A stretch of DNA of 64,000 nucleotides. It comes from Trichoplax sp. H2. Taxonomy: Eukaryota. Location: NCBI GenBank assembly GCA_003344405.1, contig NOWV01000269.1:1-64000 (forward strand), read 5' to 3'. Below the pieces are notes generated by a model. The model was not told the origin of the DNA. It was given only the letters and a program-made list of their open reading frames with translations, and did not search any database. This document shows, one piece after another, positions 30,200 to 44,532 of the stretch. The translations under genes were made by a program, and so were the position numbers. Each line of letters opens with the position of its first letter. Positions within the stretch are counted from its first letter, which is position 1.

Positions 30200-31524
30200 C
30201 GATAAATTTTTATTTCATTGGCAGCTATACTCAGCATTCTTCGTGCTATGTATTGTTCGGCGTCTTATATCAACAGTCCTATAAAGATGTGATATATTAT
30301 TATAAGATGATGTATTATTACAGCATGCAGCTATCCTGCGTATGTGAAAGTATTTAAACTTGAGTAACTAATTTAGTATGATGGTATATTTTTCTGTTAC
30401 CAACAGTAAATCAGGAAATGACAATAAATCATACGGTAACACGATTTAAAGTTATTTTCTGATGATGGAACGCATACTACTGTAATGTAGTGGCAATGTG
30501 AGTTTGCATGAACAAGTCAAGTTGACATTAGCAATGATATTTGTTTCACAATTCTTCTCACCCAAACTATTTTAGGTGAAGCAAGACGTACAACCACTTG
30601 AGAGGAAACGAACAAAGTAGATGTTGTTTGACTGACTGTATTACATAATATATTGTAGTGAGTTATTGTGCTAGATATTATAGCAGAATCCGATTATAGA
30701 GCATTTCTGTAGTAATTCGTTCTTAGAAATTAATCAAGTGATTGTTATAGCATTAAATTTGGCTTGTAGTGTAGACTCTCTGATTGCGATCTATAAAATC
30801 TGAAATCAAGTCCTATGGTCAATAGGAAATTGATTGATAATTCAAATCTCAACCAGCGTTGAGACAATATTTCATGAGATACATGGCCTTCAAGTAGTTA
30901 TACCCACATTAACAACAGTAGAGATTGATGTCAGCCGCACGGATTATACTTTATAAATACACTCCATTTTCATAACATTAGATTGAGGTAAAATAAAAAA
31001 ACTAGAAGCCCATTGCAGATATTATGCTATTTAATTATTGCGAACAACTAAAAATTAGCTAGATGGGTATTCATTCGAACAGAATATTAAGGAATCGATA
31101 GTCACAGCGATAATTTGGCATAAGGTAACCGCTATTCACAAATTTGCTGCAATTTCGTACAACTATATCATATATTTAGGGGAATAAATAGGATTTGCGT
31201 GTATTTGGTAATGACGGATGATAGTTGACTGTACTTAAACTTTCAGGTACATTTCAGTTTGTATACTGTACTCGCATGTTACGGCCATTGTAGTTGTAAA
31301 TATAGGGAACAAGGTAATAAACATGCCTGGCAAATGATACAAGTTAGATGCAACTAGTTAAATTCTTATGCTAGCCTGTAATATTGCCCATAAACAATAA
31401 TGGACCTCTGCAAACACAACGAGCTAATCTTAAATGCTTTATTAATAGATGTATGACATTAGGATAAATTAAATGCAAACAATATTATTGTATAAAAATA
31501 AGTTACACAGGAGCATCCTATCTT

Positions 31525-33265
31525 TTAACTATAACTCGATCTATACTTTTTACTACTTCTTACGAATACATTTACAACGACCACAATGAATAATGCGATG
31601 AGAGAGTATTTCAACATCATGACAAGTCTTAAGTCGATTACATAGACAGCCCAGTTAGAATAAAACGCTAAATATATCGTAGTCATTCCTGAGAAGTAGG
31701 TGGTAAGTCCAAAAATAAGATGAAAACTTTTAGAGTTGTATTTTATAACTGGCATTTCATTAACCATTTTCAGACCATATAAGGTCTGTAGTATGGTCAA
31801 AATTAAGGTAGCAAGACCATACCAAGAGTGATAACTGACTAGGTGATTAGAATTAGATCTGTATTTGTTGAAAACAATCGTTGATGTACCAAGTAGGGTT
31901 AGTAGGCCAGCAGCCAATTGCATCTTTTGGTGACCGGCAACCTTATTCGGATACGTCGGGACGTTGATGGGAAACTTTGTTGACGAAAAGAGTGAAATAG
32001 CTTCTGTCATGCAGAGAATAAACTAAAGATTGGGAGAGAACCTTGTCAGGTGGATACTTGACAAATAGAGTTGAAGTACTGCATAAGTTAGTAGTAATAT
32101 TGATTCGCTCTAGTTAGTACTTACAGCCAAAGTCATGAATGTAGGATGCCAGGAAAATAATGCTGTAAGGAAAATGCTACCGATTAGACACACTCAGATA
32201 TACTTTATTAAAATGATAAGGTCATCTCTTCAACGTGTACTACATGCTATACTGGCAACAGTTCAAAATAAGATATATGCTGTAGGTATATCCTATCAAG
32301 GTACCGGGCATGGTTACGTTGCCTGTCGTTCATGTAGCTTGCAGTATTGAATAATTTGTACATTCTACATATGTCTAAGTTCAATCTCATTTTATGAATG
32401 TCAAGGTAGTGTTTTCGAAAATAACAACAGTAGACTTATCAATCGGTACATTTGATGGTGAAAATAGAGAAGTAGGTTAATGAAGTTTTCATACATGATT
32501 TGATTGAATAATAAATAGATTAATGAAGGCTGTCCAGAATTATTACAGCGTTTTCTTGCTGTTCTGTTGTGTATTCTGAATACCAATGCCGTGATAAAAC
32601 GTTTTAACCTACAGTACAATATACATATTGATAAGCATGATTCGAAATCGCTGTAGTGCCGATTTAGAATGTGGATTTAGTTCCTAGTTCATTACGGTTT
32701 CTTTAGCATACTGTACTATATTGTATCTGATACTGTCGTAGGAAATGCACCATGCCACGCGAGATTCAGTAGACATTCCTTCTTATAATACTGTACATGG
32801 TTGATGATCAATACCGTACTACCTGTTATGGTGTCTTTTCTTTTTTATTAATTGATAATAACATTCAGCATTTGCTCACGTTGTTGTTTACTCTAGTTTC
32901 CATGTTCTGTTGCAGTTGTGATCAACATCGTTTAAGTCCAATTGATCACAATTGTACACGTGTATGATCATACATACGTAACAGTATTAAAGTTATTAAT
33001 CACTTTTTTTTTTCTAAACTGCACCGATATGAATAATATCAATTACAGTAATCCTTCATGAACTGAGCCAGCAAGGTAATAAACGTATCTTTTACAATCC
33101 TAACTTACATGATCCAGGCCTTGCAACATAAATTAGAGATGCACTTAAAAATATTACACAAACATGAACTATGATTGAGCAAATATTTGAAAAGAAGGAT
33201 GTTTGTGTTGTAGCCATGTTTCCAGTTGTCTCAGCCCTTTGGTGTCTCTTAACCGCTGCAGTCAT
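31525..33265 (-). CDS. CYB561D2: Cytochrome b561 domain-containing protein (CYB561D1/D2 type)
   Basis: Exons 33265 (or 33217)-33109, 32162-32125 and 32022-31525. ARPGSSLFSWHPTFMTLAFILCMTEA matches the family. Four candidate heme-ligand His lie in WHP, GHQ, YHSWYG and FHLIFG. D1 versus D2 cannot be settled by eye. Confidence 0.82.
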
Positions 33266-33759
33266 TCAAGTTTATACATTAGTATCCGGTTATGATAGGT
33301 CCGTTACCTATCGATCATGACGATACTTTACCAATTGAATTGAAAACAAGTGATTTTACCAATTATCGCTCAAAAATGAAGAAGAAGAACTTGCCTTGAT
33401 CCTTGGCTTGCGATCGGACAGCTTCTGCAACTCTATCTTGCAGTAAGAGTGCAGCGTTGCCAGTCTGACTACAGTATACAAGTACACCCAACCCGCAAGA
33501 TTCTACAGCATCGATGAGGATACTGTTGCATGATTACCCTAGTGTCATACAGTTTGACTGACTAATCTGCTATGCATGCTTTACGAATTAGGTAAGGCAG
33601 CAATAGCTAATGGCTACGAATGATGGAGCAAGAGTTTGGGATTGGATAGAATCTGTCTTTCTATCGACTGTACTGTTAACATGCATGGATCAATCTGTCT
33701 TGTTGATTGCTGTATGAGGAAATAGTGTAAAGTAGTTGACAAAATTTTATTTTTGGAGT

Positions 33760-35255
33760 GTTGGTTTACTGCTAGGCCAGGCGATGTAAAATGGATGTCA
33801 TGAGTGTCGAAGCCAGTTGGAGTATGGCGTCAAGATTTTACATGTCTTGATACGACATCTGTTTTACACATGTTTTATGGATTCTAGTCCACTACTGGAT
33901 GGAGTAGTGAAACCTGACGAGTTTTAGCCTTGAAGATTGCAATCTATGGCTATCGAATATGGAGTATCGCTCAATCGAAAATGACACCGTGGATGACTGG
34001 ATGACAGTGGTTGTTGTTTTTTTTGTTGGGTTACTGTTAGGCCAGGCGATGTAAAATGGATGTCAGGAGTGTCGAAAGCCAGTTGGAGTATGGCGTCAAG
34101 ATTTTACAAGTCTTGATACGACATCTGTTTTGCGGATTCTAGTCCACTACGGTATGGAGTAGTGAAACCTGACGAGTTTTAGCCTTGAAGATTGCAATGT
34201 ATGGCTATCGAATATGGAGTATCGCTCAATGGAAAATGACACAGTGGATGACTGGACAGGGATGCCACTAGCATGCGGTATCGAGCGGCAAAACCTGCCG
34301 AGTTATTCACCTTGATATCTCTATCGAATATTGAATATCGTCCAAGTGCAAAGAGCACAGTGGACAACTAGACGAGGATGCAACGTCGACAACTTGACAG
34401 GGATGCAACCAGCATACTGTATCGAGTAGCAAAAGTTGCCGAGTATTTACCCTTGACGTCTGTATCAAATATTCAATATCGCTCAATTGTAAATACCACC
34501 GTCAACAACTTGACAGGGATGCAACTAGTAAACAGTACTGCAGTTATCGAGTAGCAAAACCTGCCGAGTTTCTAAGCTTGACATCACTATCGAATATGGA
34601 GAGTCCATGTTGCTCAACTGCAAATAACACAGTTGACAGTACTCCAATATGTAGGATTGGAGATAGACCTGACTTGGAGATCAAAGTTGATAGAATAAAA
34701 TGGACAATTTGCAGAATGAAAGTTGCAATCAACCAGGTCCAACAGCTTGACTACAAGTACTATACACACTCCTCAAGCTTCCTCCAGTACTGTACTGTAG
34801 AATATTGAGAGTCCATGTTGCACAACTGCAAATAACACAGTTGACAGTACTCCAATATGTAGGATTGGAGATCAACCTTGCAATTTTCAGTTGATACAAT
34901 AAAATGGACAATTTGCAGAATTCAAGTTGCAATCAACGAGGTCCAACTAGACCTGAGAAAGGTTCGATTCAATACCTTTTTGGTCGATATAAGAACCTGA
35001 ACTTGAACCGCTTTGACATCAATCAAACCTGAACCAAACCGATTTTACCATTTTTGAAGGGTTCAATTTTACAGCAACATAGATGATGCAGTCAGTTCAG
35101 AACGTTTTCAACAGCTTCATTACAAGTCCATACTCCTCAAGCTTAACTACTGTACTGTATATCCGCCATTACACTCCTCAAGCTTAACTACTGTACTGTA
35201 TATCCGCCATCACACTCCTCAAGCTGCCTCTAGTAGTGTGCTGTATATCCGCCAT
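33760..35255. repeat. Nested series of local tandem duplications in the CYB561D/SPT5 divergent intergenic region
   Basis: A ~265-bp pair at ~33762 and 34028. A GACAGGGATGCMAC...TATCGAG...GCAAAA..TGCCGAGT unit three times (~34256, 34396, 34512). A GAGAGTCCATGTTGC...CAACTGCAAATAACACAGTTGACAGTACTCC pair at ~34600 and 34808. CTCCTCAAGCT...CTGTATATCCGCCAT three times (~35133-35255). Confidence 0.88.
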
Positions 35256-35704
35256 CACCAGTTTACTCAACACCTACAGTACCGTAGTGTACAGTACTGT
35301 ACAGTACCGCTAAGTATGTACTGTACACCGTACAATACAGTTCAGTATGGCGCTAGAAAGGGAACCCTTGGAAAGTACTGTAACCAGCGGAAAAGTGAAT
35401 CCCGCATACGATTGTCGTGCAATCAACTCACTCACTAAGACGTTTCATACAGTCAAGTCGAGTGACTCTCCAATACAGTCAGACACCATCGATCGATCGC
35501 CAACAAAGTGTCACTACTGGTTGGTACGTTTTCATATGGTCGAGTGGCTGCCAACTGCAATTGCCAGTGTAATCGACTTGGCTGGAAAGCTTTGAGTTGG
35601 AAATTGACAATCTGCTAGAGAACATTTGCAGAGAAAAATTAGGCTAGAATAGTCAAGAAACTGCATCTAAATTGATTGAAATTGAAGGAAAAAGGAAAGA
35701 AAGA

Positions 35705-38700
35705 ATGTCTGGGAGTGAAGAGGAATTTTCTGCTGGCGAAGAAGAGCTAGAAGACGAAGTGGACGATGAAGAAGACGAGGAGGACTTGGTAAGTCGAATC
35801 ATGTCGGTTGCTAACATTGTACAGTCTGCTTGGATTGCATTTGATACCTATTACTTTGAGAGTGGAATGGCTAGTTTGGATATCATTGACTGTGGTAGTC
35901 GTCCCATTCAGTTCTTGAGTCGTGCAGAAATAAGATAGTCATGGATGACAGCCAAGAAATGATTTAAATGAAGAGGCAAGGAGTGATATTTTTCCCGTCA
36001 TCCTTTACTGGACCAGTCAAAACCAACGACAGACTGGTGCAAAAGAAGGCTAATAGGACGGCGTCGTTGTACAGTTGCTAGACATGGACAATATCAAGTC
36101 CATGGTGTAGGATTACTACTTAGAGTGGTAGTGTACAGTAGTGAAGAATAATATAGAATCGAATATCATAACGTCTAATAGAGCCCGCCATACAAATGTC
36201 GATCAAGTCCAAGCCGATCTTGATAGCTGGTATCAGCGATCCCCAGTCTTGACCGTGACGGTCCATATTTTAGCTGAACACGCTAAGTTAATCCCGAGTT
36301 GAAGCCATAAGACGATAGCAGAGTCCAAACGATATTACTGCTCACATCTTATAGGGCCCGCCATACAAATGTCGATCAAGTCCAAGCCGATCTTGATAGC
36401 TGGTATCAGCGATCCCCAGTCTTGACCGTGACGGTCATTATTTTAGCTGAATACGCTAAGTTAATCCCGAGTTGAAGGCATAAGACGACAGCAGAGTCCA
36501 AACGATATTACTGCTCACATCTTATTACACTGACAGCAATAGCCAACGATAGCACTGTATCATGGATTGAGTAGCACATTGGCAGACTTACAAATGACCT
36601 GAAAGTCAACGTCTGATCGTCATGATCAATTCAACTGCCACCATGTGCTAGCATTACGTTTGAAAATCAGTAGCAAGATAGATCAACGCATGTAGGGCAG
36701 AACTACGATTGAACAACGTTACCATCATCAAGTGTACATTTCCCAGTGGAATATTGATAGTCTTCAAGACCATATACGATACGATAATAGGATGATATCC
36801 AACGCAACAAGCCACTCATAATCATTACTAATTGCATTGATCCATGAAGAAATTGAAATATTCCATTAACCGTAGGATGATGATGAATCATATGATGATG
36901 AAGATGAAGACAGTTATTTGAAGAAAAGCAAGAAACCAAAGAAGAGAAGTGCTTTCATTATTGAAGAAGCAGGTGCGTATGTTGTCGCTCAATTCTATTC
37001 ATAAAGTTCTGTCGTGAGGACATAGCCATGAATAATTATACGCGTATCTTGTCACTTAGACGTCGATGATGGACAGGATGATGAAGATGATGAGGAATGG
37101 GAGGAAGGTGCCGAAGAAATAATTGATCAAGCAGGTTAGCTGGAATTCCTCTTTCAAGGTTCCTTCATAGACTTGATCAACATTCGATTGAATTTCATCA
37201 AGTTAATATTACACTTAGCTTCGAACTGTATTGCGCTAACGGTCGTTTGTAATCAAAAGTTATTCCATCTTCTTTCTTTGTATAGTGGATGTGGAACCTC
37301 TTTCCAAAGAAAACGATATCAAGGTAACCGTAACAATTGGGTATATATGTGTGCAGTGAGAATAGAGTCGTGTCGACTTTTTCCCTAATATTGACTGATA
37401 TTGTTCAACAATACATTTGCAATAACCATTATCGATAAAAACTTGTTTTTCTTCCGATTAATCATTTGATAGTTTCGAAGAGATATTGATCTTATGCTAA
37501 GGTATGACCATTAGGATAGTTTCTTGATAGTGATAATACTTTTCAATATAGTCCTGAGCGACATACAATTCTAACAAATTTGCAAAGCTAACCGCTCCAA
37601 TTACTATAAAAGCGAAAAGAAAGAAAATGAAATTAATGAATATTATCGTCGAAAATATGCTGCAACGGATAGAACCAAGTAAGACAGCGTAAAAGTTGAC
37701 CCTTTTGCTAATTATTACTCAATTGACCTTGGAGTTGAACGTTGTAGTAAATAATGCAACACTATAGTTGGTGGCATGTAATTTCATTATTCTTTATGAT
37801 AGGCTAAGTGATCATCCGGATGAGGTGAAGCAAAAGAGTAAATTACCAGACATAAAGTAAGAGTGTATCTTATCGAATTACTGAATGATTTGAAATTGGA
37901 CTACCATCTAAAACTCGTTATGTGTTCGCGCATTGCCTTATTAGGGATCCAAATCTTTGGATGGTCAAGTGCAAGGTACGGAGTGGTATTAAAGCTTTTC
38001 CTTCAATGTTTCCTAATCTTATACTCCTATATTCCAAATAGATTGGGGAAGAAAAATCCGTTGCAATAACCCTCATGAATAAATTTATTTCCTTTGAAGC
38101 TAAAGGGACGGTAAGCCTTCTTTAGAAATGCTCTTACGTGCTTGACATAGTTAGACATTTATCATGATGTTGTGATGGATTGACGTTATCATCTTTGCAC
38201 TTCGTAGCCATTGCAAATTAAATCTGTGGTAGCTGTGGAAGGATTGAAAGGTTACATTTACGTCGAAGCTTTCAAACAGAATCATGTTAAGCAGGTTAGG
38301 TCGAAACTCATGAATGAGATTATGATTTACTACGCGTATAAATGATCTGTTGCTGAGGCTGAAGTACATGCGTATGTATTTATAAGGCAATAGAAGGAAT
38401 CGGCTACCTTCGATTGGGATACTATAAACAACAGATGGTACCTATTAAGGAAATGACGGATGTTTTAAGAGTTGTAAAGAGTATTCCTGACTTACAAGCG
38501 GATGGTTGGGTTCGACTTAAGCGTGGAGTGTATAAAGATGATATTGCAAAGGTTCTATTTAATTGTACAATCCATCAACGCTGATGACATAATTATACTA
38601 ATCATTAGCAATTTTTTTTAGGTTATTAAAGTAGATAACAACCGAAATCAGGTAATTAAAGTAACATAGACGAAACTGTCATCGCAATATGTTGCCAATA

Positions 38701-41700
38701 AATACTTAGCTAGAATATTGTATGCGGTAAAAATGTATACTATAGTGTATTAATATTCTATCATATTTTTGTTTAGGTCACGTTAAAAATGATTCCTCGA
38801 ATTGATTTAACCCGTAAACGTGGAGAGAAGCAATCTGTACGTACGGATATTATTGAGCAGGTTTTATAATAAACTAATTAGACCGTTGAAATTGAGAATT
38901 GAAAAAAGAGTTTTTAATTCGTATTTTTAGCACGATGGTGAAAAGCGCAAAAGAAAAGGAAGACCAAAAGCTAAACTATTTGATATGGATTTGATAAGGT
39001 GTGATAAATGTTAGCTTATGAATAAAGATTTACAGTTCCGATGTGATCAGATGATTTATTTTAAATAAACTTGATTGAATCGTTGGTAAATGTTCATAGG
39101 TCAATCAATGGAGAAGTTACTAGTGAAGGTGGATATTTAGTGTTTGAAGGAAATCGATTTAGGGAGGGATTTATGTATAAAACCATGGCCATGTCTGCTA
39201 TTGTAAGAAAATGTCAACATTTAATTTAAAATCATACAAATCGAGAATTCTGTGTAACTAATGATAGTCTGCATTGAATTAAATGATATGTCATACATAG
39301 AATGCGGAAGGTGTCATTCCTAGTCTTGCTGAGTTAGAAAATTTTGAACTTGACCCAGATACAGTTGCTGTCTCTAAAGGTTGGATTGTATGCCTTTTTT
39401 AATTTTTCCTCATTTTTATTGGAAAAAGCAAATATTGCTTTATGTAATAAATTTACATATTCGTTAAATGTTTTACAGATCTTACCTCCATTCTGGACAA
39501 GGATTCACCAGTTTTTGTTGCTGGTGACGTTATTAAGGTACAAAATGGTGACTTAAAAGGGCTACTCGGTGAGGTGATAGCTATTAATGTGGATATAGTC
39601 ACAGTGATGCCAAAGCATGAAGATTTAAAGGTTCGCATTTAAAGCTGTTTAATTCGATTAGGAATTTGTTATATCGACTTAATGTTAATTACGTAATTAT
39701 CTGTAGGAACCTTTAGAATTTCGCCTTGATCAAGTAAGCAAAACTTTCAAAATTGGAGAGCACGTCAAAGTTGTTAGAGGTAAATTTGAAGGAGATACTG
39801 GTCTTGTGGTTCGGGTTAATGAAGAAGATGACGGTTTAGTTTTGTTTACCGACTTAACAATGCACGAGGTAATTATGAAGAAGCGAAAATTTTTTGCGAC
39901 TCTAGAATAGAATAAAGTTATAAATTTGAAATTGTAATTTATTGCATTAGGTAAAGGTGCTCACGCGTGATGTACAATTATGTACGGAAATTAGCAGCGG
40001 TATTGATTCCTCTGGTCATTTTCAGCTTGGCGATTTAGTTCAAATTGAGTATGAGTCATTTAATTGCATAGGTTGCTTTCGTTGTCCCACGCTTAAATTG
40101 TAAGTATAATTAATTAAAGCCATCACTCTTGTTCTAAATAGTTCACAAACAGTGGGTTGCGTTGTACGCGTTCTACGAGAAGAAATGGCTGTATTAAATA
40201 TGCACGGCAAAGTTGTCAAAGTTAAGCCGCAAAGTATTTCTAAAAAGCGAGACTCTCGTAATGCAGTTGCATTGGATGGAGACGGGGTAATTATAACCTT
40301 GTCAGTTTCAGCTAACGCCATCTTGCTCATTATAAATGATTAGTTTAATTAATTGATTTTTTTCACTTACTGTAATGCGTAGAATGCACTTCATATTAAA
40401 GATATCGTCAAAGTCATTGATGGACCTCATAACGTTAGTACCAATAAAGAAGGTTGCTGTGTTGCTTTTTCATATGTATACAATATATTCTTTGTGATTA
40501 TCGCACTTGTTCTTTTGCTACAGGGACAGCAAGCTGAAGTCAAGCACCTGTTTCGAAGTTTTGTATTTTTATACTCTAAAATGTTTCCAGATAATGGTGG
40601 CATTTTTGTTTGCAGAAGTCGCCACTTAATACTTGCTGGCAGTGCAAAGGTATTTACGAACTTACTTACTTATGATGACGTATAAATAAAATGATGTAAT
40701 CGATTTTGGTACAACTTTCATCTGTTTGCAATGCATAAAAAATTTTATAGCGACAAGATAACGGTGACAGTAGAACACCATTTGTCCCGCAATCACCTCG
40801 AATCACTAGCCCAGCTCATCCTCAAGTGCAAGGTTTAACTATGATTGCTCACATAACATTACCTTATAACTTTATCACTGTTCGCTTGGATTAAAATAAT
40901 TGAACGATATTAGGAGTGAGACATGGACCAGGTGCAGGTAGAGGTCGGGGAAAGAAAGGACGCGATCCTATAATTGGCCAGAGTATTCGCATATTCCAAG
41001 GACCTTTCAAGAATTATATCGGAATTGCCAAAGACGCCACAGATACAACCGTCCGTGTAGAATTGCATAGTACATGCAAAACAATCACTGTTGATCGCAG
41101 CAGAGTGGTAGTCGTAAAGTACGCGTGTTGTATTTGTTTTGTTGCAGGTCTAATTAGATTGAGCCTTTAATATATGATTTTAAGCAATGTACCATTGCCT
41201 GCATAACATTTAGAGACGGGAAAGAGGAAAGTGCTGGTGGTGTAACTGGAATAACTCCTAGTTATGGAAGTCAAACTCCTATGTACGGATCAAGAACCCC
41301 TATGTATGGTGCTCAAACGCCTCTTTATGATGGTAAGTGTTTTAGGAGATAAAAAAACGTTGATTGATGTAATGTAGTGATAATTGCAAGGTAATGGTTC
41401 ATCATATGCATATTAGGCAATCGGACTCCTCGCTATGGTTCTCAAACACCTATGCATGATGGTTCAAGAACACCAAGTTATTCCAGTGCGTGGGATCCGA
41501 AAGTACCAAATACTCCATCAAGGTTTGCCTATCGATATAAATTTAAAATTAGTAGCTCAGATACTGATTGGCATTTCTTAAATTCACCAATTGTGTAAGT
41601 ATAGCAGAACAGAGGACGATTTTGATTATAACACAGACAGCGTAAATCCATCGCCTCAAGGATATCATAGTAATCCAGTAACGCCAGGTTGGATAAAATA

Positions 41701-42742
41701 ATAATGATCTATCGTAGTACTCTTGGATGTGCGATTACTAGTTATATACTGTATTTAGTGTTTGTAATAAGAGACATGCTATACAATCAATTGTTCTATA
41801 GGCGCTTACTCTGCGAACTCTCCCGGATTATATCCAAATACACCGCCAAACATGTCTGCGTCGTACACACCAATTGGTAGCGTGTACTCATCTGAAACTT
41901 CGTATTCACCTTATGGTTCTGTTCCTACTGCATCGCCGGCGTTATCAAACCCCATGACACCTATGAACCCAATATCTCCTGCTATCAATCCACCAACACC
42001 CGGCATGCCTTCGGTGGAATTAGACAGAGGTAAGATTACCAGGCATGCAATATATTCTTGTATGATTTTGTGTAAAAACTAACAAACATTAAATTGTTGC
42101 AGCCATTCCTGATTGGCATACTATTGGTATAGAAGTAGAAGTAGTTAAATCTGAGGTATACGAAAAATTTTTTTCAATCAGCTATGCTAATATAAGATTG
42201 CTCCATTTACAGTGTGAATTAGAGTATTATTTCTAGTTTTCATAGCTAACCTCTTGTTTTATTGACATTCGATTGTAAATCAGCAACACAAGCATTTGGG
42301 ACAAAGAGGAGGAATACGAAACATTTCTGTAAGCATTATTTTGATCTAACTATCGTTGAGTATTTATCATTACAACGGCATTAAAGTATAAAATTGATGT
42401 TAATAAATTATTGTTATTGTAGGGGGACTGCTGCAGTGTCTATTTATATGATGAAAAGATAGAACGCGAATTTACAAAGTTATCTTTACGACCAGTCATC
42501 CCTAAAAAGAACGATAAAGTACGTTGTAACAGGATTAGAATAGAATTTATCTTTTGTTAGCATTAGACTAAACTTACTTTTCTAATTAAATTGTGTAGGT
42601 TATGATCATACAATCGGAGCATAGAGGTTCTGTGGCAACATTGATCAACATAGATAACGAAGATGGTGTTATACGATTTGGAACAGACGGTACCGTGACT
42701 ATTTTAAAATTAGAAAATTTAGTAAAGGTAGCTAATATGTAA
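35705..42742 (+). CDS. SUPT5H: Transcription elongation factor SPT5, about 32 exons
   Basis: Acidic N-terminus (exon 35705-35788), NGN domain ([10 protein letters not shown]...[16 protein letters not shown]), KOW motifs ([42 protein letters not shown]) and CTR repeats ([22 protein letters not shown]). A C-terminal KOW region follows, with the stop at 42740-42742. Introns are mostly short GT-AG. Confidence 0.95.
36183..36525. repeat. Near-identical ~173-bp tandem duplication in SPT5 intron 1
   Basis: GCCCGCCATACAAATGTCGATCAAGTCC...ATTACTGCTCACATCTTAT occurs at ~36183 and ~36356. Confidence 0.92.
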
Positions 42743-44532
42743 TCATCGTTGGAAAGACTACCAAATAGTAAATGTAAAAATTTAATGTTTAAATATTATC
42801 CGTCGTTTACCAAATGAAGCTGCATATGAAACGTGGTTAACGGCAATTAATCGCTCTTAGCAGAAATTGCTGAGGCAAAATGACAAATCACTCCAGTATA
42901 TGTATTTATAAATATTCGACTCAGTTTAGAATTTACTGGCAATGCTCGAAGCGGTTTTAAAATCGTTAGAATTTTTGATTTAAGTAAAATGACTTATATT
43001 CAAAGTTGTCTTTAATAAACATGTTTCCGTTTAAGGCTTTGTTCATTCTCCTGAGGTTAATTTGTGAGAGGAAAGACGTACACATTTTGCTATATAAAGG
43101 TCATATTTCTGGAGAATATTTGCTTGATAGCATTGGTAGTGACTCTTTGTATGAGAGTGGGTCTATATTATGTGAGAGTGAAGCGATATACTGTTGGAGT
43201 TGCACCTCCTGATCGGTATTGCTATACGCGTTACATTCGTAGACTACTAGTAATATACACATATCTAGTCGTTCATGGCACAATTTTTCTATTACATCTA
43301 AGATAACTATTCTTATGGCATGCGTTAACTCGTTTCTAAGTAGAAAACTGCAGAAATGCATGTTAGGATGACTTGTTAGCTGTAATACCTGGTACAACTG
43401 ATAGTTGCGAACCAGTTGAACTATTACATCGTATACAAATGATCATTGAATGCATGCTATAATCCCGTTGAAGATTTGTAACTCAAAACGAATTAATGAT
43501 AACAAAGCTCAAACTAGCGCAACATGTTAGACTCTGAAGAAGATACAATTATTTGGTTTTTCAGATTATTAGAACGGTATTACCGGCACAACTAGCTATC
43601 AATATTAAAAATTAACGATAATGTATAATTAACATAAGGTAAAGTTCCCTGTTGTAAATTGTATTATTGCTGCAGTAAAGAGCTGTCCATCATTCATGAA
43701 TATCGCTGAACAGAAAATACGAAAAAGGATAGAATATTATAAATTAGGTGCAAGTTTACATTGATGGAAATTATAAAGATTTTACACATCTTTAGTTTCA
43801 TGAAGATATCTACTTAAAGTGACTGAAACATGAAAACGTTTTGCTCTATTTATAACTACGCACTACTATATTTTCAATTCCAAAACTACAGAATTTTTCT
43901 AAGAGTTAGCGAATTGCTTTTATACGAATTACAACTTAATCAGGCATTAGTTAGACCACAGAGTTACGACGTGCATACGATCACGTACCATTGGAATGGA
44001 AGCGTTTAGCAGATTCCCTGCTGATAATGATGAGCAAGGATTTGCTTCTCATAATAAAGGAACGAGAGGCGTTCTCTGTTCGTTGCTTAGTAACTGCGCT
44101 CGACTGCTGAATATTAAATGGTGAAATATATTATTACGTCGATTTACTGCCATAAATTAATTTCGTTAGAAAGTATCCTGGAGGTTTTCGATAGATTATA
44201 ACTACGAAATATTATTTAAACTATAATATGTTAGAAAAGGTAACGGTAAGGGGTACAATTACGACACAAATAAAGATTGATCTTTATTAATCTTCACACA
44301 AACTGAGAAGTTTGTTCGCCAAACCGGTACTTTACATCGGTAATAAGATAGGACGATTAATACAGGAGTGATTAATTCATGCGTTATTGCGGGGAAAAAA
44401 GCCGTTAAGGTTTATTTAAAAACCTAGAAGAAAAAAGTATAACTGTTAGGTACCACAAGCAGTTAACTTGTTCTTACTCTGTATATTTAAGAAAAGTAAT
44501 TATAATTGATCAAAAAGAACAGAAATAAAAAA

